In this document: positions 61,949 through 64,000 of the stretch, in pieces
How the letters are laid out: every line of letters begins with the position of its first letter
Position numbering within the stretch: the first letter of the stretch is position 1
Origin: Bdellovibrionales bacterium
GTDB lineage: Bacteria > Bdellovibrionota > Bdellovibrionia > Bdellovibrionales > JAUICD01
Length of the DNA stretch: 64,000 nucleotides
Direction of reading: 5' to 3'
NCBI GenBank assembly: GCA_965203275.1
Contig: OZ241865.1
Location: forward strand, 1,280,001 to 1,344,000
The notes under the pieces: generated by a model
Told to the model about the DNA's origin: nothing
What the model saw: only the letters and a program-made list of their open reading frames with translations
The model's database searches: none
Made by a program: the position numbers and the translations under genes

Positions 61949-64000
61949 TTAATTGTTGCTTAAGTGAATATCTGATATTCTTCTCTGAATTCCATTGCGG
62001 TCAACAGATATTTCTCCATTATCTTTAATGTTAATAACTATTTTACCATTTTCAACCTGCCAATTAAATATAATATTTCCATCCTGCAGTTGGCTTTTGT
62101 TTACTTTTACCCAAGCTTTATTATTCTCATTCTCAATTCTTGATCTAATATCACTAAAACCACTTGCTCTATCTTGCATTTGCAAATATTCTTCAACTAA
62201 GAAATCTATAACCGCAGGGTCTACAACATATCTTATTGTTTTTTGACTGCTTTCCATCATGTCCAACTCAGACTGTACTACTTCCATCAAGGCATCTCTA
62301 CTTAAAAATCCCATCCAAAAAGTATGATCAATTCTTCGATAAAAGGCAGCTGGACCTCCTGAATTACGGTTGCTCATTATAGAATCTGTACCAGAAAATT
62401 CTTTTCTTAGCTGAGCAATTGCTTCTGACTTAAGCTCCGCAGGGAGTTCTAATAAATCTTCTGCTGGATATCGTCTTTTGAAATTTTCTACAGCTCTACT
62501 TAGATCTTCTGGAGTTATTTCTTCTTCTGTACGCTTACCATTGATCACTGCTATTATCTCTCTCTGTGTAGGTGCCAGTTCGTTTGGATTTAAATCATTT
62601 AGCTGATTGTTTCTTATTTTCATAATAAAATCCAAATCTTCTTTTGATCTTTCATTGATTCTCAGTTCTTCCATTTGTTCTGCATTAAACCCATACTTCA
62701 AAAGACTAAAATCTGGGTTTAAATCTAAGAAGATCATTGTATTTTGAAAAGACACAAGCCGACCTTTTGAATCTTCTATCACTCCATCTTCAAAAATATT
62801 CATCAAAATATTTAAAATACTAGATGGCATCTGATTGACCTCATTGATATAGATGACAGCACGAGGATTATTAATCACTTTTGCAGTAAGAGATTGATTA
62901 TCTGCTAAGGAATCATTGTCTCTATTTAGAAGATCCTTATTTCCTAATAAGCTTTCTATAGTGGCAGTAGAACCTCTCACTTTGATAATAGCGTCTTCTT
63001 TTTGCTTTCCTGGATGAAAGAATTTCCCTATTGTTTCAACTAATATGGTTTTACCAATGCCTGGTGGACCAAGAAGAAGTATAACTCTAGTAGGTCTTTC
63101 TGGTTTAGAAGTCATTTTGGATGCAGCACCTAGTAGCATATTACCAATGTCTTCAACGAGAGAACCATAGCCTTTGAATCTAGCCCTTACAGATTGTACA
63201 AAGTTCTCTAAACTGTGATATAATTCTGGCCCTGCGTATGTTTCCACAGGCATTCCCAATGCTTCCCCTACAATAATATCTATATCTTGAATAGTTATGG
63301 AAGTTTGTAAATTTTCAATACGTTCTTGGATTATATCTAAAGAAAGACCCTCTTTTATGTCTCTTTGTAGTTGATGAAATGAATCTTTTTGAGTTTCATT
63401 TAGATTATTTTCTGCATAATCAAAAATGTTATCGAGAAGTGTTTTTCTGCTCTTGAAATATTCAGATCCAAAGTGATAGTATTTATTCGCAAGAAATAAA
63501 GCTCGATCCATAATAAGTGTCTTTTGTGTTGATGTGAAAAGAGGTTTATTGAGATTGTTTTGATCAAATAAATAGTTTGAGACAGATTCTATCTGCCTTT
63601 GATCAGGTGTAGGCATGTCTACCGTGGTAAATCCTTGACCTATCTGACTGCCCATAAAATTTCTGGATTGTCCTTGTCTTAATCTACCAACAATCCTTAA
63701 TCCACCACTATGTGGGTCTTCAGCAGCTTTTTTCATGATACCTAGTAAACTCGATCCAATATTATCATTTGGAGAGCCTTCTGTTGGTCCTTTTTCAAAT
63801 AAGTCTCTGACTAAATCATCTACTACCAAAATACACTGGCCATTACAATTTGCAATTGCATCTTTCATTTTCAGCATATTTTTTTCTAGGTCACCAGAAT
63901 ATCTAGTCCCTGCTACTGCATGTTCAGAATTTAATCGAAAAAATCCTATATTTACTAAACGCGGATCTATCTTACCATGATAGGGGCTATTAGGATCCTT
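61949..64000 (-). CDS. Divergent ClpA/ClpB-like AAA+ ATPase, 5' end outside window
   Basis: The frame is open to 64000 (AGTRYSGDLE pore loop); second Walker A GPPGIGKT; EDSKGRLVSFQNT. Confidence 0.8.
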   Translation of the reverse strand, partial: KDPNSPYHGKIDPRLVNIGFFRLNSEHAVAGTRYSGDLEKNMLKMKDAIANCNGQCILVVDDLVRDLFEKGPTEGSPNDNIGSSLLGIMKKAAEDPHSGGLRIVGRLRQGQSRNFMGSQIGQGFTTVDMPTPDQRQIESVSNYLFDQNNLNKPLFTSTQKTLIMDRALFLANKYYHFGSEYFKSRKTLLDNIFDYAENNLNETQKDSFHQLQRDIKEGLSLDIIQERIENLQTSITIQDIDIIVGEALGMPVETYAGPELYHSLENFVQSVRARFKGYGSLVEDIGNMLLGAASKMTSKPERPTRVILLLGPPGIGKTILVETIGKFFHPGKQKEDAIIKVRGSTATIESLLGNKDLLNRDNDSLADNQSLTAKVINNPRAVIYINEVNQMPSSILNILMNIFEDGVIEDSKGRLVSFQNTMIFLDLNPDFSLLKYGFNAEQMEELRINERSKEDLDFIMKIRNNQLNDLNPNELAPTQREIIAVINGKRTEEEITPEDLSRAVENFKRRYPAEDLLELPAELKSEAIAQLRKEFSGTDSIMSNRNSGGPAAFYRRIDHTFWMGFLSRDALMEVVQSELDMMESSQKTIRYVVDPAVIDFLVEEYLQMQDRASGFSDIRSRIENENNKAWVKVNKSQLQDGNIIFNWQVENGKIVINIKDNGEISVDRNGIQRRISDIHLSNN

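Overview
AT-rich bacterial chromosomal window; gene style and FxNC-type lipoproteins suggest Bdellovibrionota (inference). Housekeeping genes include tolQR, mnmG, trxB, rsmA, tsaD, dcd, guaB, mraY, murD, fumC, icd, dps, nuoEFG, panB/panC, truB, rpsO, pnp and pyrE. They are interleaved with Cys/Pro/Gly-rich secreted proteins, a secreted protein-arginine-deiminase-like enzyme and several small defence-like insertions. The most striking content is non-coding: at least ten intergenic mosaics built from four modules. Module A (~150 nt) is a three-stem fold whose stems vary in sequence but stay paired, with GC-GNNA-GC hairpin loops. Module B is a ~70-nt linker that joins two different A arms into a ~336-bp A-B-A unit. 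Module C (~240 nt) is a covarying multi-stem element ending in a G-quadruplex motif. Module D is a GATSCCR heptamer tract. New A ends repeatedly join at the same CTCTG loop of an older copy. All four Rpn (PD-(D/E)XK) loci abut these mosaics. In two loci the nuclease part is destroyed while the internally translated C-terminal (RpnS-like) ORF and its RBS remain. No rRNA, tRNA or CRISPR array was recognised.
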